A stretch of 63,965 nt of DNA, filler included, from Lenisia limosa (GCA_001655205.1; 9 parts of 9 records of this genome joined end to end with filler, not necessarily neighbours in it); one strand, 5' to 3'. Shown: positions 51,351-63,840, numbered from the whole stretch's first letter. Numbers and translations: made by a program. The notes: a model not told the origin generated them from the letters alone.

Positions 51351-51737
51351 ATCTTTGGTGAGATTGGGAGAAAACTGACAATGGAGCAGCGGAAATAGAA
51401 CGAGAGAGAGCAATGCGGATAACATTAGAGAGATTCATGAGAAGCGAAACCGACACAACGTGCCCGTTTGCCTATTGCATGTTGCTAAGACTAATATACT
51501 TTGAAACTCGCAAAAAAACTGCTGCTAAGTAACTTACAAGGAATCAGAAAGCGGGGATTCTGATTATGGTTCCCTCAAATTTGGATAATTACTTTAGAAT
51601 TAGATATGCTACAACACTGTACAGTATAACCTGTCGCAAAAAGGAGATTTTGAAAGAAAATAATTGAATATTAATGATTAGTTCTGATTACTTACTGCTT
51701 TTATTTTACAATTTTTTTCAAATATCCCTCTTTCAGT

Positions 51738-52808
51738 ATGATTATCCCTGTTCGTTGCTTTACGTAAGTTATTGTCTCTATTTTTGCATTTCTAACCCTT
51801 TTCATTTTCGACTTTGTGTTTACTCCTCTCAGCTGCGGAAAGGTAAGCGTTCTCCTGGCTTTTCTTCCTCTTAGGTTACTTATTAAATCAATAAATTACC
51901 CATTTCCAGGTCATTGGTAACCAATGGAACAACTTCGTGTCACTACTCGCTCGTGAGTACACTGAAGGGTGAGCTTCGGGCTTGATTCACTGGTGTCCCC
52001 ATTTTCCCACCTTAGAAAATGTTATTTGGTTAAAAAACGCCAGAAACTAATGTATGGGCTTGGGATTATCTGAGGCTCCCCCCCCCCCCCCAAGAGGAAN
52101 NNNNNNNNNNNNNNNNNNNNNNNNNNNNNNNNNNNNNNNNNNNNNNNNNNNNNNNNNNNNNNNNNNNNNNNNNNNNNNNNNNNNNNNNNNNNNNNNNNTC
52201 ATATCTTTAATATTGTGTCTTGAAATTGACTGCCAGTGCTATTTGGTTACCTTTCCCTTCCAATAATTACTACACCTTCCTCTTGAATTCTCTATCTTGT
52301 AACAAGCTAACTGATGCAGTCACCACCATATCATATTATTGTATGGTACTTTCTTTCTTTTTTATTGCTCTTCTGAGACATCAAACCCTTTCCTACTGCA
52401 TGCTGTCATAAATCCCCTGTCCGTACTCCACTCCCAATACATTCAATATCTTTTCTTTTTGAGTGTCTTGTGTTGTCTCCATCCCTACATCTCTAACCCT
52501 CCTTACTTACCCCATTTTTGTTCTGTAGTGAGTGTCACAACGTGGCTTTATGGATCTCCTCTTTGAACATATTTATGGTTTCGCACCTCTGAATTCATAG
52601 TGATGCTCTGGACGCCTTGGACCTTAAGCGCTACTGCTGCAGACGAATGGTTCTCACCCATGTCGATCTTATTGAGAAGCTTCTCAAGTACAATAGTGGG
52701 GCGGTTGAGTAACACACATGACTACTTGTTAGGAAAACATATTTTACTCCGATATTTCATCTTCATAACATTTTAGTTTATGAAAAGACCCTTACTGGAG
52801 GCCAGTAG
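51738..52808 (+). CDS. RPB10: RNA polymerases I/II/III shared subunit RPABC5
   Basis: MIIPVRCFT|CGK|[20 protein letters not shown]|[31 protein letters not shown]|[10 protein letters not shown], with the diagnostic CxxC and RYCCRRM motifs. Confidence 0.97.
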
Positions 52809-53041
52809 TGTCCTTGCCAGTTTGCACCCTTTTTTTCTTGTACAGTATATGGTAACCATGCATTTCTTCATTTATATCCAAGATGGACAATGACACCTTT
52901 TGCATAGATGTGTAGATAAACGATGATGATATGACGCCAGAAAAACGAAAAGTGTGGAAGAGAGTGAACTGCATTTGGCAGAGAGGTAGATCCGAGAACA
53001 AAAGAAAGAGGGAAACAAACATCAGAAAAAAAGGAAAAAAG

Positions 53042-53902
53042 TTACTCGACCTGCTTGGGGATCATGACAGTCATGCCGTCAGTCACCTCGGTGGCAACAA
53101 CTTGGCAGCCAAGACGAGAGCTGCGAAAATGAAACTGGGTTGAACCCAAGATCAATGACTGACTTCACCCAGCGCCCTCAAACTTGTTCTGAACACCATA
53201 GCAGAGGTCGAGCATATCAAGTTCGTCGTCGGTGACCTTGGGGAGCTTGTCCATGGAAGCCTCGTCAATGAACACATGGCAGGTGGAGCATTGGAGCTCG
53301 GACTCGCAAGAACCTGAAGTGTGAGAACAAAATACTATCTTTGGGGCGGAGAAAGGCAGAGAGAGAGGGAAATAGAGAGCAGAAAATGCCAACATTCGGA
53401 TGACGGGCAACGAAGTTGGTCCGCTGCCTTATTTCAGGTATATTATAACACATAGAGGTCAGTATCAAAGGTATTAGAAGAAGTTCGGTGAAGAAAAATC
53501 CAGAAGAAAGGCGGATTAGCCTTCCTCCGAAGATCGGATACGTCTCAGAACTTGGTAAAATAAACACATTTACCTACCCTCAAGCTCAATGCCAGCACGA
53601 AGAGCAGCATCAAGGACAGTCTCGCCAGTGGAAACATTCTCGACCTTAATCTTCTCTCCAACATCGGTAATGAAGTTAACAGTGAAACTAAAGCAATATA
53701 AGAATGTATTCACCTCAAGGAGAGGTATGACGTGAAAAGTTCCAAACTATTTCTGTGTCAAACTTGGCAATTACCATTAATTAGCAATAAAATGGTACCG
53801 TATCGCCTCCTACCCCTTCATGACAGCGGGGGTGACTGAAAAAGCACGAGCGAGGGGAGCAGCAATAAGCTGAGTAGTGGCAATGCGAGCAGCAGAAAGC
53901 AT
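53042..53902 (-). CDS. FDX: Mitochondrial adrenodoxin-type [2Fe-2S] ferredoxin
   Basis: Basic, Ala-rich presequence MLSAARIATTQLIAAPLARAFSV, then GIELE|GSCESELQCSTCHVFID...ELDMLDL...SRLGCQV, containing all four cluster-ligand Cys. Confidence 0.95.
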
Positions 53903-54235
53903 AGTGTTTTAAGCTAAAAAGGATGAAAAAAATTAAAAAATTCCATAAAAAAGGGTGTAATACACTTTACGAATTTAGAACTTTGATCTCTTCGAAAATA
54001 TTGGTTTTAATAACCATATTCATAATATACATTTAAACTTAAATATTGATATTAATTAAAAATATAAATAATAGTTACAGATATGAGAAAATAAATTCAG
54101 TCAAAGTATTTTGTATTATCTTCATTCAAGGAATTACCCTTTTTAGATTTTTTCAGAAAAATATCGCTGTATTTTGAATTCTTTATGTTTAAATTGTTTT
54201 TTAAAATTACAGAACAATAACGTTAAAAAATCGAA
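53903..54235. promoter_or_regulatory. Probable bidirectional promoter region between the ferredoxin and DnaJ genes
   Basis: Very AT-rich, repeat-free ~330-bp interval between two divergent start codons. Inferred from gene geometry only. Confidence 0.55.
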
Positions 54236-56853
54236 ATGGGAAAAGACTTTTACAAGATTCTCGACATTGATCGCAATGCAGATGATGCAACCATCAAAAA
54301 GGCATATCGAAAGATGGCCATGAAGTAAGCTTTTTTCTTCACTGCTTTATAACGTTACTAGATATCACCCAGACAAAAACAAGGACCCAGGAGCAGAGTC
54401 GAAATTCAAAGAGGCTGCCGAAGCATATGAGGTCAGATTGTAACGGATTCGTTCATTTGGGCTTCTTGGACCCCTCGTCACGTGTAGTGCATTTTTTGGG
54501 GGGTTCCCGTGATACCCATGACTGAATGTGTCTGATTTTTATGGACCAGTGGGGTGTCAACAGTAGCAAAGTGAATTGTAGAACATTGTTGCTTAGAATC
54601 AGTCATATTTTTTGTGACTTCTTAATTTCTTTTTTCTTACTTCTTCTGTCGCTTTTATTTTTTCTTGTTTGGGTATCAAAGCACATAGTTATCAAAGGAT
54701 ATAGTTTTATTAATTCGGCGCGCTATGATTTCAATTTGTGTCACGCAGTTGTTTGTTTTTGTATTGTTTTTTTACTGTTGTTGTTGTTTTTGTTGTTTGT
54801 TTCTTTCTTCGAGCTTATGCTGAAACACCCAGGTGCTCTCCGATAAAGAAAAGCGCAACCTTTTTGACCAGTTCGGCGAAGCAGGAATCAACCCCCAGGT
54901 AGGAGGGGGGGTCACTTTTTTTAAAAAAACTAGATTTCTCCTGTTATCCGCAATTCGATACTTCGCTGGACTTTTTCGGACCAGAAAATACAAATTGTCA
55001 CGACTCGTTGCAGCAATATATTTACATGTAATATATTGTCACGATTTCACCTGAACCCTATGCTAGCCAACTAAATAAGTATAAATGGCTATATTTTGTC
55101 AAAGGCTCCTGCAGATTTTGCCATCAATGTCCTTATAAACGTTACAGTGTGGATGGCTTTGTCCCACTATTCCCTTTTCATTTTGCGTTTCTTTACCATC
55201 TAGGCTGGAGGCGCACCCGGGGCGAACCCCTTTGGTGGCATGGGAGGAGGCATGGGTGGCATGCCGGGCGGTTTCAGTTTCAATTTCGGTTGGTCCCGGG
55301 TATGTTTTTTTATGTTGGGTTCCTCATGTGTTTCTCAGGTAACAATATATTGATCCTGTTTTTTTTNNNNNNNNNNNNNNNNNNNNNNNNNNNNNNNNNN
55401 NNNNNNNNNNNNNNNNNNNNNNNNNNNNNNNNNNNNNNNNNNNNNNNNNNNNNNNNNNNNNNNNNNNNNNNNNNNNNNNNNNNNNNNNNNTTCGACCTGT
55501 TCCGCGAAATGTTCAACATGGGCGGGTCCGGCGGCGGCATGGGCGACTTCTCCGATGATGGTTGGCGGGATGGGTGCTTCGGTTCGGATAAAACAATGGA
55601 AACATCGAGACCTTTCGAGGGTTTATTGAGGAACTTGAAGTGAATGGGCTTTTTGGTTTCTTGGAATGTGTGTGACATGTATAATTTCCTCATTTCAACT
55701 ATTTCACCCCTCAGATGAGCCATCTCCATTCCAAATGTGAGTCTGCTTCCAATAAGGCAAGTGTCACCTTCGATAATGGGCTTTATTTCATTTGAAACCG
55801 TCACGTTTGTACGGTAATTAATGTTTAAATCTTGGTATTTATCAAAAATTGTTGATTATACTATTAATCGTTCCGATAACAATACCCAAAAAAGTGTTAT
55901 TTATCAAGAATTTATCACCCAAGCAAAACCGTCATTTTTTGAACCGAAGGCACCCCCTTCTCATTCTATTAGGCCCTTCGGAATGGGAGGCAGCCGGAAG
56001 CCAAAGGCCACCGTGCACACGCTTAACCTCGATCTTGAGGATCTCTATAATGGTGCCCAGAAGAAGATGAAGGTTGGCGGCACGGGGTGGGGTTTTATTG
56101 TGGACTACTTTTGTGTTTGTTTCTCCACACATTGTTTAATAGTTTTCTTTTGTTCTCTACCCCCNNNNNNNNNNNNNNNNNNNNNNNNNNNNNNNNNNNN
56201 NNNNNNNNNNNNNNNNNNNNNNNNNNNNNNNNNNCCACCGTTGAGGTAAGGAAGTGAAACTACTCCACTAGGGCTTCCCTATCCCAAAAAGACTGATTTT
56301 CCCGATAAATGCTCGATAAATATCAATATTTTGACGGTCTTTTTTGGACCGTTAGCGTAGCCAAATCTTCTTCTGAGCGCAGGAGTGTTCACCTTTCTTC
56401 ACTTGCCCCCATCCCCTAACCTGACAGGTCCTTCAAATTGACGTCAAGCCTGGATGGAAGGACGGAACCAAAATCACCTTCAAGGGGGCAGGTATGCGGC
56501 ATTTGAATTATTATTATTATTATTATGACTGCTTCGGCCAATTACTACCTTATTTTTTATTTCTCATTGCTATTTATTATTATAATTATATTTATTCCTA
56601 TTCTTATTAGTTACTTCCCTCAAACTCTGTACTATCAGAAATAATGCTCCGTTTCCTTTTATTTTAAATAATGATGATACCATCAAATATTATTTATTCG
56701 GTAGCAGATTTGGCACTTACCATATTAGGCAACCAGACGTCAAGAAATACTACTGCTTCGGACGTTATTTTCGAGGTCAAGGCCAAGCCGCATAAGCATC
56801 TTCGACGTGAAGGTATGAATATAAGGGCTCGGAGAAATGAAGTGTCAATGGTT
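54236..56853 (+). CDS. Class B Hsp40/DnaJ (DNAJB1/4/5, Sis1-like); 3' end lost in or after the gap
   Basis: MGKDFYKILD...IKKAYRKMAMK|YHPDKNKDPGAESKFKEAAEAYE|VLSDKEKR, a G/F-rich region, LNLDLEDLYNGAQKKMK, IDVKPGWKDGTKITF and DVIFEVKAKPH. No zinc-finger repeats seen. Confidence 0.93.
56269..56362. mobile_element. MITE family B copy in a DnaJ intron
   Basis: TA-GGGCTTCCCTATCCCAAAAAGAC...GTCTTTTTTGGACCGT, 23 nt after the donor at 56246. Confidence 0.75.
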
Positions 56854-57986
56854 NNNNNNNNNNNNNNNNNNNNNNNNNNNNNNNNNNNNNNNNNNNNTTA
56901 ATTAATTAANNNNNNNNNNNNNNNNNNNNNNNNNNNNNNNNNNNNNNNNNNNNCCTTCTTTTATTTCGCCTCTCTACCACATGACATAGTGTACTAATGG
57001 GGTATCATACAATATACATAATGATGCAAAGTTAGGTTTTGATGATATTTCACACAGAGGCATGCAGAAAATTGGTGTCTCTCAGCTTGATGATGTGGAT
57101 GGCGTCGCCCTGATGCAACAAGGGCTTCAATTTGGTTCCAATACAACCTGAAAATATATCGATATTTATCGAGAAATTCAGTCTTTTTTTTTTGAACCGA
57201 AGGCCTAGATACAACTCTATTTTCTTCGCCAACTCTCTATATCATCAAGCACACTCTAAGGTCTCACTTTCCAGAGTAGGTAACCCGGATGAAGGGCAGC
57301 GGGAGGTAGCGGTTTTGTTTCTGTTTATGCATGGTTTTTTGAACTTCGGACATTTTTACATTTTGTGGCATATACGAGGAGGCCTCCTTATAAAAGGCAA
57401 CCACTTGGAGGCATATCCCGGCTTGGTCATATCATCGAGGAGGCATATCATACCAAATTTAATATTGAGATGTTGTGGAGATGGGAAAGAAAGCTTGATC
57501 ATATTAACATCATATTGTCATCATGTATCCGCATCCCAATCTCCCATCTCCGAGTCACAGACAGGTCACAGCACCACAGTTTCCTTGCAGTTTCCAGAAA
57601 CTGCAGTCTGAGTCTGAAGACACAGCCATCATAAATATCGAAGGTGACAAACATATCGTTACCCCAGGTTAATATGCACTTTAAAAAGAGTCAAGGTTGC
57701 AGACAATTTAAAAGTGTAAATAACATTACTGATAACTGAAGCTGATTAACAGATTAACAACTACTGATTATTTATTGATTCAATAAAGAGAAGAACAGAA
57801 GCGACGGGATCTTGGTTCACGGTATGTGCTCTTCCTTTCCCTTCGGTGCCGATTTAATTGAAACTAGCTCATCCCAAAAATCTAAGAATACTCAGAGAGG
57901 GCATCAAAGCATATCTGCCCCGGCTTTTATGATCAATCATTGAGCTAACTCCTTTCAGACAAAGCCCTGTTAGTTAGCACCTCAAA

Positions 57987-60900
57987 ATGGGTTTATCGTG
58001 GAAGTTCATTCCGTTTCTGATACTGCTTACGACGGCGCTCCTGTGCTCCGCCGCTATCCTGTGGGAGTGAGGTGCCAATAAATTGGTGCGAATAGTATCA
58101 TTTTTATGGCCTTCACAAACATTAGTGCTTCTGATAAATGCTTAGCATTAATATCATTATGAAGATGCTTAATATTAACCTCATGAATATGCTCCGTGCA
58201 ATTAATTTCTGAAATTACTGCCACAATTTGAAATTAAAGTGTCTATAGTTGAGTTTATATCACAATATGTCACACTTAAATTTTGCATTACCCGCATTGA
58301 AGATGTTTATTATTCTTATGAGTAACAAAGCTCTCCTTAAACCTCTCTTGCGAAGTTATGGTAGTTTAATGTTTCACAGCACTCCGAGTGGCCTTGAAAT
58401 CGACGCTCAGCCAGCAGTATCGGCCAGTCAGCCGGTTACTAAGGTGGGGGGTTAAGTCATCCAGTTACACTACGGCGCATTGACTTATAATTCCCATGCA
58501 TTATTTGATAATCCCATAAATTTCTTCAAAATTCCATAAAATTCCATGGGATTTGTAAAATATGGGAATTCCAACGTTTTCACAAGATTCTCAAGTCGAT
58601 GCGCCATAGTGCAGCATTCAACTCTCGTGTGTTGTCAGCCAACAGAGTTGATTTTGGTTTTTTTTGTTTCATCGAATTTCCAATTTCACNNNNNNNNNNN
58701 NNNNNNNNNNNNNNNNNNNNNNNNNNNNNNNNNNNNNNNNNNNNNNNNNNNNNNNNNNNNNNNNNNNNNNNNNNNNNNNNNNNNNNNNNTTTACTAATAA
58801 AATCAAATCAAATAAAATCAAATCAAATAAAATACAAAATCAAATACAATAAAATTAACTAAAATGTAATACAACAAAATAAAATCAAAATGACCATTTT
58901 AGAGTGTCTTTGAGGGTGAGTGGCGATACTGTCAAGGCCTGTAAGATAAAGGGGGCCATTTTGGTTCAAATCATGAATCTTATCGCGGTCACATATCGAT
59001 ATGTACAGGGACCAATGTGATTTCCCAAGGAAAATCGGTCAATACTTATCCTAGTCACATATCGATATCATATGTAAAATATTTGACCTATTCTCCTTGG
59101 AATATCGTTGAGCAAATCGGTCAAGACTTATCCTGTTTGTTGTTTGGGAAGTAAGGATTTCCATGAACTGAAGGAGTAATAAAGGGACGGGATTCTCATC
59201 ACTTAGATGAGTTTGATTTTCTCCCTTCAAAGTTTTGACTAACTTTCTAGCGCAAATCACTGAGTTGCAAAATGCGGTTGATGGTAGGTGGTCGTCCAAT
59301 CTGCAAAAATCTCACTTTTAATCACTTTTTTATCACGGTGTCTGCAGGGCTGGTGTCTTAAGTAATGCTTCCTTTCGGTTCGAAAAAAGACTGGATTTAT
59401 CGATAGATCATCGAAAACTATCTCTATTTTGTCGGTCTTTTTCGAAGTGAAAACCTAGTCATAAGGTCTCGGGGTCAGGCCAAAACTTATCTTACAATAT
59501 ATGTATCACTACATTACATATCATATCGATATGGTATTTTATATCATAGTAGTATGATATGGTTTCACTTCGGTTCGAAAAAGAACACTAAAACTAAAAT
59601 GTCGATAGTTTTCGAGGATTTATCGAGAAATTCAGTCTTTTTTCGAACAGAAGGGAAGCCCTACACATCCCCGTCTCCCTTATTTCCCAGACCTGCAGTG
59701 TTCTGTACCCCCTTCCCCTAATATCCCAGATTTGAAGTGCACAATGCTGCCGTTCCCCACAGCTCCTGTTGAAATGCGTCTTCTAGAGCACTCCGTTTAT
59801 GCTGGAGGGGCTTGGGCGTCTCTAGAGGTGGGAATATCTCTTTTAAACGTGATGGTGTGGATGGCTTCGGCTAGATACAACCTTGTTTTTTATTTTTCAT
59901 TGCCATTTTTACAATGTGATGGAATATTGTATTTTCGTGTGACAATAAGGGATATGTAAGGGATTCTATTTTCTATTATTGTCAACCCATTTCATTGCAA
60001 CAGTTGGATTGCCAGTACTCTAAGGGGTACAATACCGAGACGCTTACGGTCAATGCCACTTGTACATCTGCTTTGGGGTGGCAAGGCGTCCCATCATGCA
60101 CGCCGATCGAAGGAAGTGGGAAGGTGCCTATACATAGCTAGGGTTTCCCAACGGTCCGAAAAAGACCGTTTAAATGTCGATATTTATCGAGGATTCATCG
60201 AGAAATTTGGTCTTTTTTTGAGACCGTAGGGAACCCCTACCCCTATACATAGCATATTATTAAGGCTTTACTACAATCCAGAATACGGCAGAATTTCTGG
60301 ATAAATCATCGATATATTTCGACACTTTACCGACCTTTTCGGTACCGAAGTGATGCCCTCATATACATTGACCAGGATGTCTTGACCGATTTGCTATGAT
60401 TTCTGAAGAAAAATAGGTCAAGACTTATCTCTGTCACTGTACATATTATACTATAATATAATTTTAATAACAACATCAGTAACAATAGGGTGCTTATTAG
60501 GGCTTCACTTTGGTTTGAAAAGTACCGGTAAAATATCGATAGTTTTCGAGGATTTATCGAGAAATGAACCGAAGTGAAAAAAGCCCTTGTGCTTATAGTA
60601 TACGATTAAATGAAATGATGGGCATTTTGGTAAGAATTTTAACAAAAAAATATTTCATGTGATAATTATTCTAACAACTTCTTTCCTCTTCGCCCCCCTT
60701 TCCAAAACAATCCCATTTCCATCACTATTCAGAATTGCTTTTCTGCGGTAACAATGAAAAGTCAAATTTCGGTCCCGGCGGCGACTATATAGCCCAATAT
60801 GGCTCGCAATCGTTTGGAGACTTCTCGAAGATTCTATCAATCGCATCCACCACAGATGTATCAGCTATTATTCTTGGTATGTTGGAATTAGGGCTTCCCT

Positions 60901-63840
60901 TCGGTCTGAAAAAGACCTTTGAAACCACTATTCTTCATCGAAATTTCCTTCGTTTTACTCCTCCCGCAGGTGACGGAGATATCCAAGTCATGGGCACTAA
61001 TACGTACGGGCAGCTGGGTATCAATACGGCCAACGTCACCTTCCATAAGGAAGTTTTTACGTCTCTTCGCTCTGTGTTGGGGGGTATGCATAATGTATGT
61101 ATATATCATATGTTTATGATACTATATGATATAATATGATTTGCAGATGATATTGTATATGATATACAGTGTTTATTGAAAAGAAGTGAAGCCATATACG
61201 TATATTAAATTCATATATGCGGGGACATTTGTGTCTTTCAACTTTGCTTATTTCTCGATAAATCCTAGATAAATATCGAAATTATTAAGTTGTTTTCGGA
61301 CTGTCAGGGAAGCCCAAGCTAATTTGACCGATTCAGGGTGTCGCCAAGCATCGTCTTTATCGACATTCAAGCTGGTTTTCATTTTGTTGCCTTGACTGGT
61401 ATGGGGTTTTTGCAGTTAAGTCTCTATTGAAACTAGGGTAATAAAGATAACATATCTATTGCAACTAGGATCGTAAAGATTAGTTTCTATTGAAACTAAG
61501 TTATCATTTGCGTCACCCTCACACCGGCTTCACCACTATCATCTTCTTCTTTACTACCATCATTATCATCATTACTATCATTGTCATCATCATCATCATC
61601 ATTATCATCATCATCATCATCATCATCATCATTATCATTATCATCATCATTATCATCGTCAAAAACAACAACACCATCACCATCACCACTTTAGACACCA
61701 ATGAGGTTTATGCTTGGGGTGGAAACAGCTATCATCAGACTTTCGAAACTACCCAAACCATAGTGCTTCGTCCAACTAAGGTACGACTTGGTTCAAAGTT
61801 AGGGTTTTACTTCGGTTCGAAAAAAGACTGGATTTCTCGATAAATCTTCGAAAACTACCGATACTATACTGGACATCTGCTTTCCCCCCCCCCCCCTTNN
61901 NNNNNNNNNNNNNNNNNNNNNNNNNNNNNNNNNNNNNNNNNNNNNNNNNNNNNNNNNNNNNNNNNNNNNNNNNNNNNNNNNNNNNNGTAAGGCAAATGAT
62001 TGAATTAAGATTATACTATAATCTAATATCTCTTATAAGCGTGATGGCGTGGACGGTTTCGGCCAGATACTACTTTATTGTTTATTTCTCATTGCTATAT
62101 TAGTATACGATATTATGATACATATATAACTGTCTCGCATGATAACTTTTCCCCTTTTTCAATTATTTACATATGATATAATATTATTTTACGATATTAT
62201 AATACATATCATGTATAACTGTCTCACAGGTTGACTTTTCGAGTGTTGGTGGCTGCACTGCTGACCAGCTGATTGTGCACACTCAAGCTACTGCTATCCG
62301 TTGCTCAGGTGGGGGGTGATGATGTTGACTGTGCTGATGTTGTTGTTGTTGATGGAGATGATACTGATGGTGGTGATGTTTTCGTTGATGTTGATGTTGT
62401 TGTTAGTGGTGATGGTGATGATGATGGTAACAGTGATGATAATTGTAATGTTGTTGTTAATGGTAGTGGTGGTGGTGGTGATGATGGTGTGGATGGCTTC
62501 GGCGAGATACAACCTTGCAGTTAATCCGCCCTCCCATGACCTTCACAACTACTCTTGGAAAAACACGAAATAGTTGTTATTATTCAATGCGATTTGTGTC
62601 ACTTTCACATCCCTCTGCCCGTAGTGTATGTAGTGACCCTCCCCCAGTATCAATTGATCATCCCATGCCCTAATTGACCCATTCCCTACAGCGGAGTCGA
62701 AGTTTGTCGGAGGCGGCCGCGGCNNNNNNNNNNNNNNNNNNNNNNNNNNNNNNNNNNNNNNNNNNNNTTAATTAATTAANNNNNNNNNNNNNNNNNNNNN
62801 NNNNNNNNNNNNNNNNNNNNNNNCATTGCCATATATATCGTATATACATGTATATTGTACCGTGATTTAATTTAAAAGTACGGGTTTTACTATTTCAGGT
62901 GAAGTTCGACCTTTTGAACGTCGAAAGGTGTGTGGAAAGGGCTTGCGTCCCAACTGGCTTTTTTTGTGTAATAAATTTAATTTTACTCACCCCCCCCCCT
63001 CCCCTATTAGATGCGTGCCATGCAGGGTTGAGGATAAGGAAGTTGACGGCAATACAGTTCAGTACCTCGAGCCCATTGTTGCTGCTCGTAAGGGGGTTAT
63101 ATATGGTTGAAATTGGTATTCTGTGGGTTGAAAAGAGGGAGAAGGAAAAAAATAGAACTGGGAGAAAAAAAAGAATTAGGAGGGGGAAAAAAAAAATCCG
63201 TATTTTTTTGGGACATTCGAAAAATTTGATCATGATCCACTTTCAAATGTTTTCCTTAATTTTTGTCGGGGATGTAGCTCAAGTGGTAGAGCGCTCGCTT
63301 AGCATGCGAGAGGCACTGGNNNNNNNNNNNNNNNNNNNNNNNNNNNNNNNNNNNNNNNNNNNNNNNNNNNNNNNNNNNNNNNNNNNNNNNNNNNNNNNNN
63401 NNNNNNNNNNNNNNNNNNNNNNNNNNNNNNNNNNNNNNNNNNNNNNNNNNNNNNNATGTAGGTATAATATTTTTCTTTCTGTAACTCTTGCAGGCAACGT
63501 TGCTGATGCCAAAACCCTGCCAAACTCTATCCAGGTTGGAGTGTAATATCTAGAGCTTCCATTTCGGTTCCAGAAGACAAATAAAGTTTCAATATTCGAG
63601 GATTTATTGAGGATTTTTCGAGGATTCAGTCTTTTTTGGAACCGAAAGTGAAGCTCTAGCATTGTCTTCTTCTTTATGAACTTAAAAACAATATATGATA
63701 TTAACAGATTAAAAAGATCTTGGGGAAACATTTATTTGGGGGTTTGAACATCGTTATTAAGTTTTATTAACCTTTTTTGTAGATCTTTATGAGGGAACGT
63801 GTTGTTCACCAGTTCTTCGGCGTGCCAGATTTTGACGTGA
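57987..63840 (+). CDS. Predicted secreted protein with RCC1-like repeats (continues beyond the window)
   Basis: Signal-peptide-like MGLSWKFIPFLILLTTALLCSA, then ILW|DTPSGLEIDAQPAVSASQPVTK|, and RCC1-type GDGDIQVMGTNTYGQLG, IDIQAGFHFVALT|DTNEVYAWGGNSYHQ. Confidence 0.68.
59364..59663. mobile_element. Two adjacent MITE A/B copies (59364-59458 and 59560-59663)
   Basis: TTCGGTTCGAAAAA left arms, shared TCGA core, right arms ending AAAACC-TA and GGGAAGCCC-TA. Confidence 0.75.
60139..60586. mobile_element. MITE pile-up: B copy 60139-60239, degenerate A 60261-60359, D/E arm 60370-60441, A copy 60498-60586
   Basis: Four consecutive elements recognisable by their arms within one intron. Confidence 0.75.
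61555..61690. repeat. (ATC)n trinucleotide microsatellite
   Basis: Directly visible, just upstream of the acceptor near 61696. Confidence 0.95.
62315..62485. repeat. (GAT/GTT/GGT) low-complexity repeat
   Basis: Directly visible, intronic. Confidence 0.9.
63268..63340 (+). tRNA. tRNA-Ala(AGC), 3' third hidden by a gap
   Basis: GGGGATGTAGCTCAAGTGGTAGAGCGCTCGCTTAGCATGCGAGAGGCACTGG gives the acceptor 5' strand, D-arm/A-box and anticodon arm CTCGC-TTAGCAT-GCGAG. Sequence is visible only to 63319, so the end coordinate is extrapolated. Confidence 0.85.
63551..63658. mobile_element. MITE family A variant, TA-flanked, both arms GAGCTTC
   Basis: TA-GAGCTTCCATTTCGGTTCCA...TGGAACCGAAAGTGAAGCTC-TA. 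Confidence 0.85.

Noticed and set aside
50620-51456. Minus-strand gene suggested by the ORFs at 50563-51456
   Set aside because: Plus-strand exons show better codon usage and donors and continue the secreted-protein paralogue. The minus-strand phases did not chain consistently, though this is not fully excluded.
7450-62000. N gaps starting almost always at poly-G or poly-C runs
   Set aside because: Most simply a sequencing or assembly dropout after homopolymers. The gaps themselves carry no biological signal.
13817-62573. ORF-track entries rich in V/C, H/T, N/K, L/F, I or M (13817-14123, 23816, 24713-25368, 28050-28495, 61490-61843, 62273-62573)
   Set aside because: Translations of intronic microsatellites and low-complexity repeats.
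7521-62779. TTAATTAATTAA centred in N runs (7521, 26613, 29330, 37514, 45871, 50563, 56898, 62768)
   Set aside because: An artificial all-frame-stop spacer inserted at contig joins, not a biological palindrome. Adjacency across these points should be verified.
62899-63546. 215-aa plus-strand ORF
   Set aside because: Runs through introns, a tRNA and an N gap. Only short internal exons are real.
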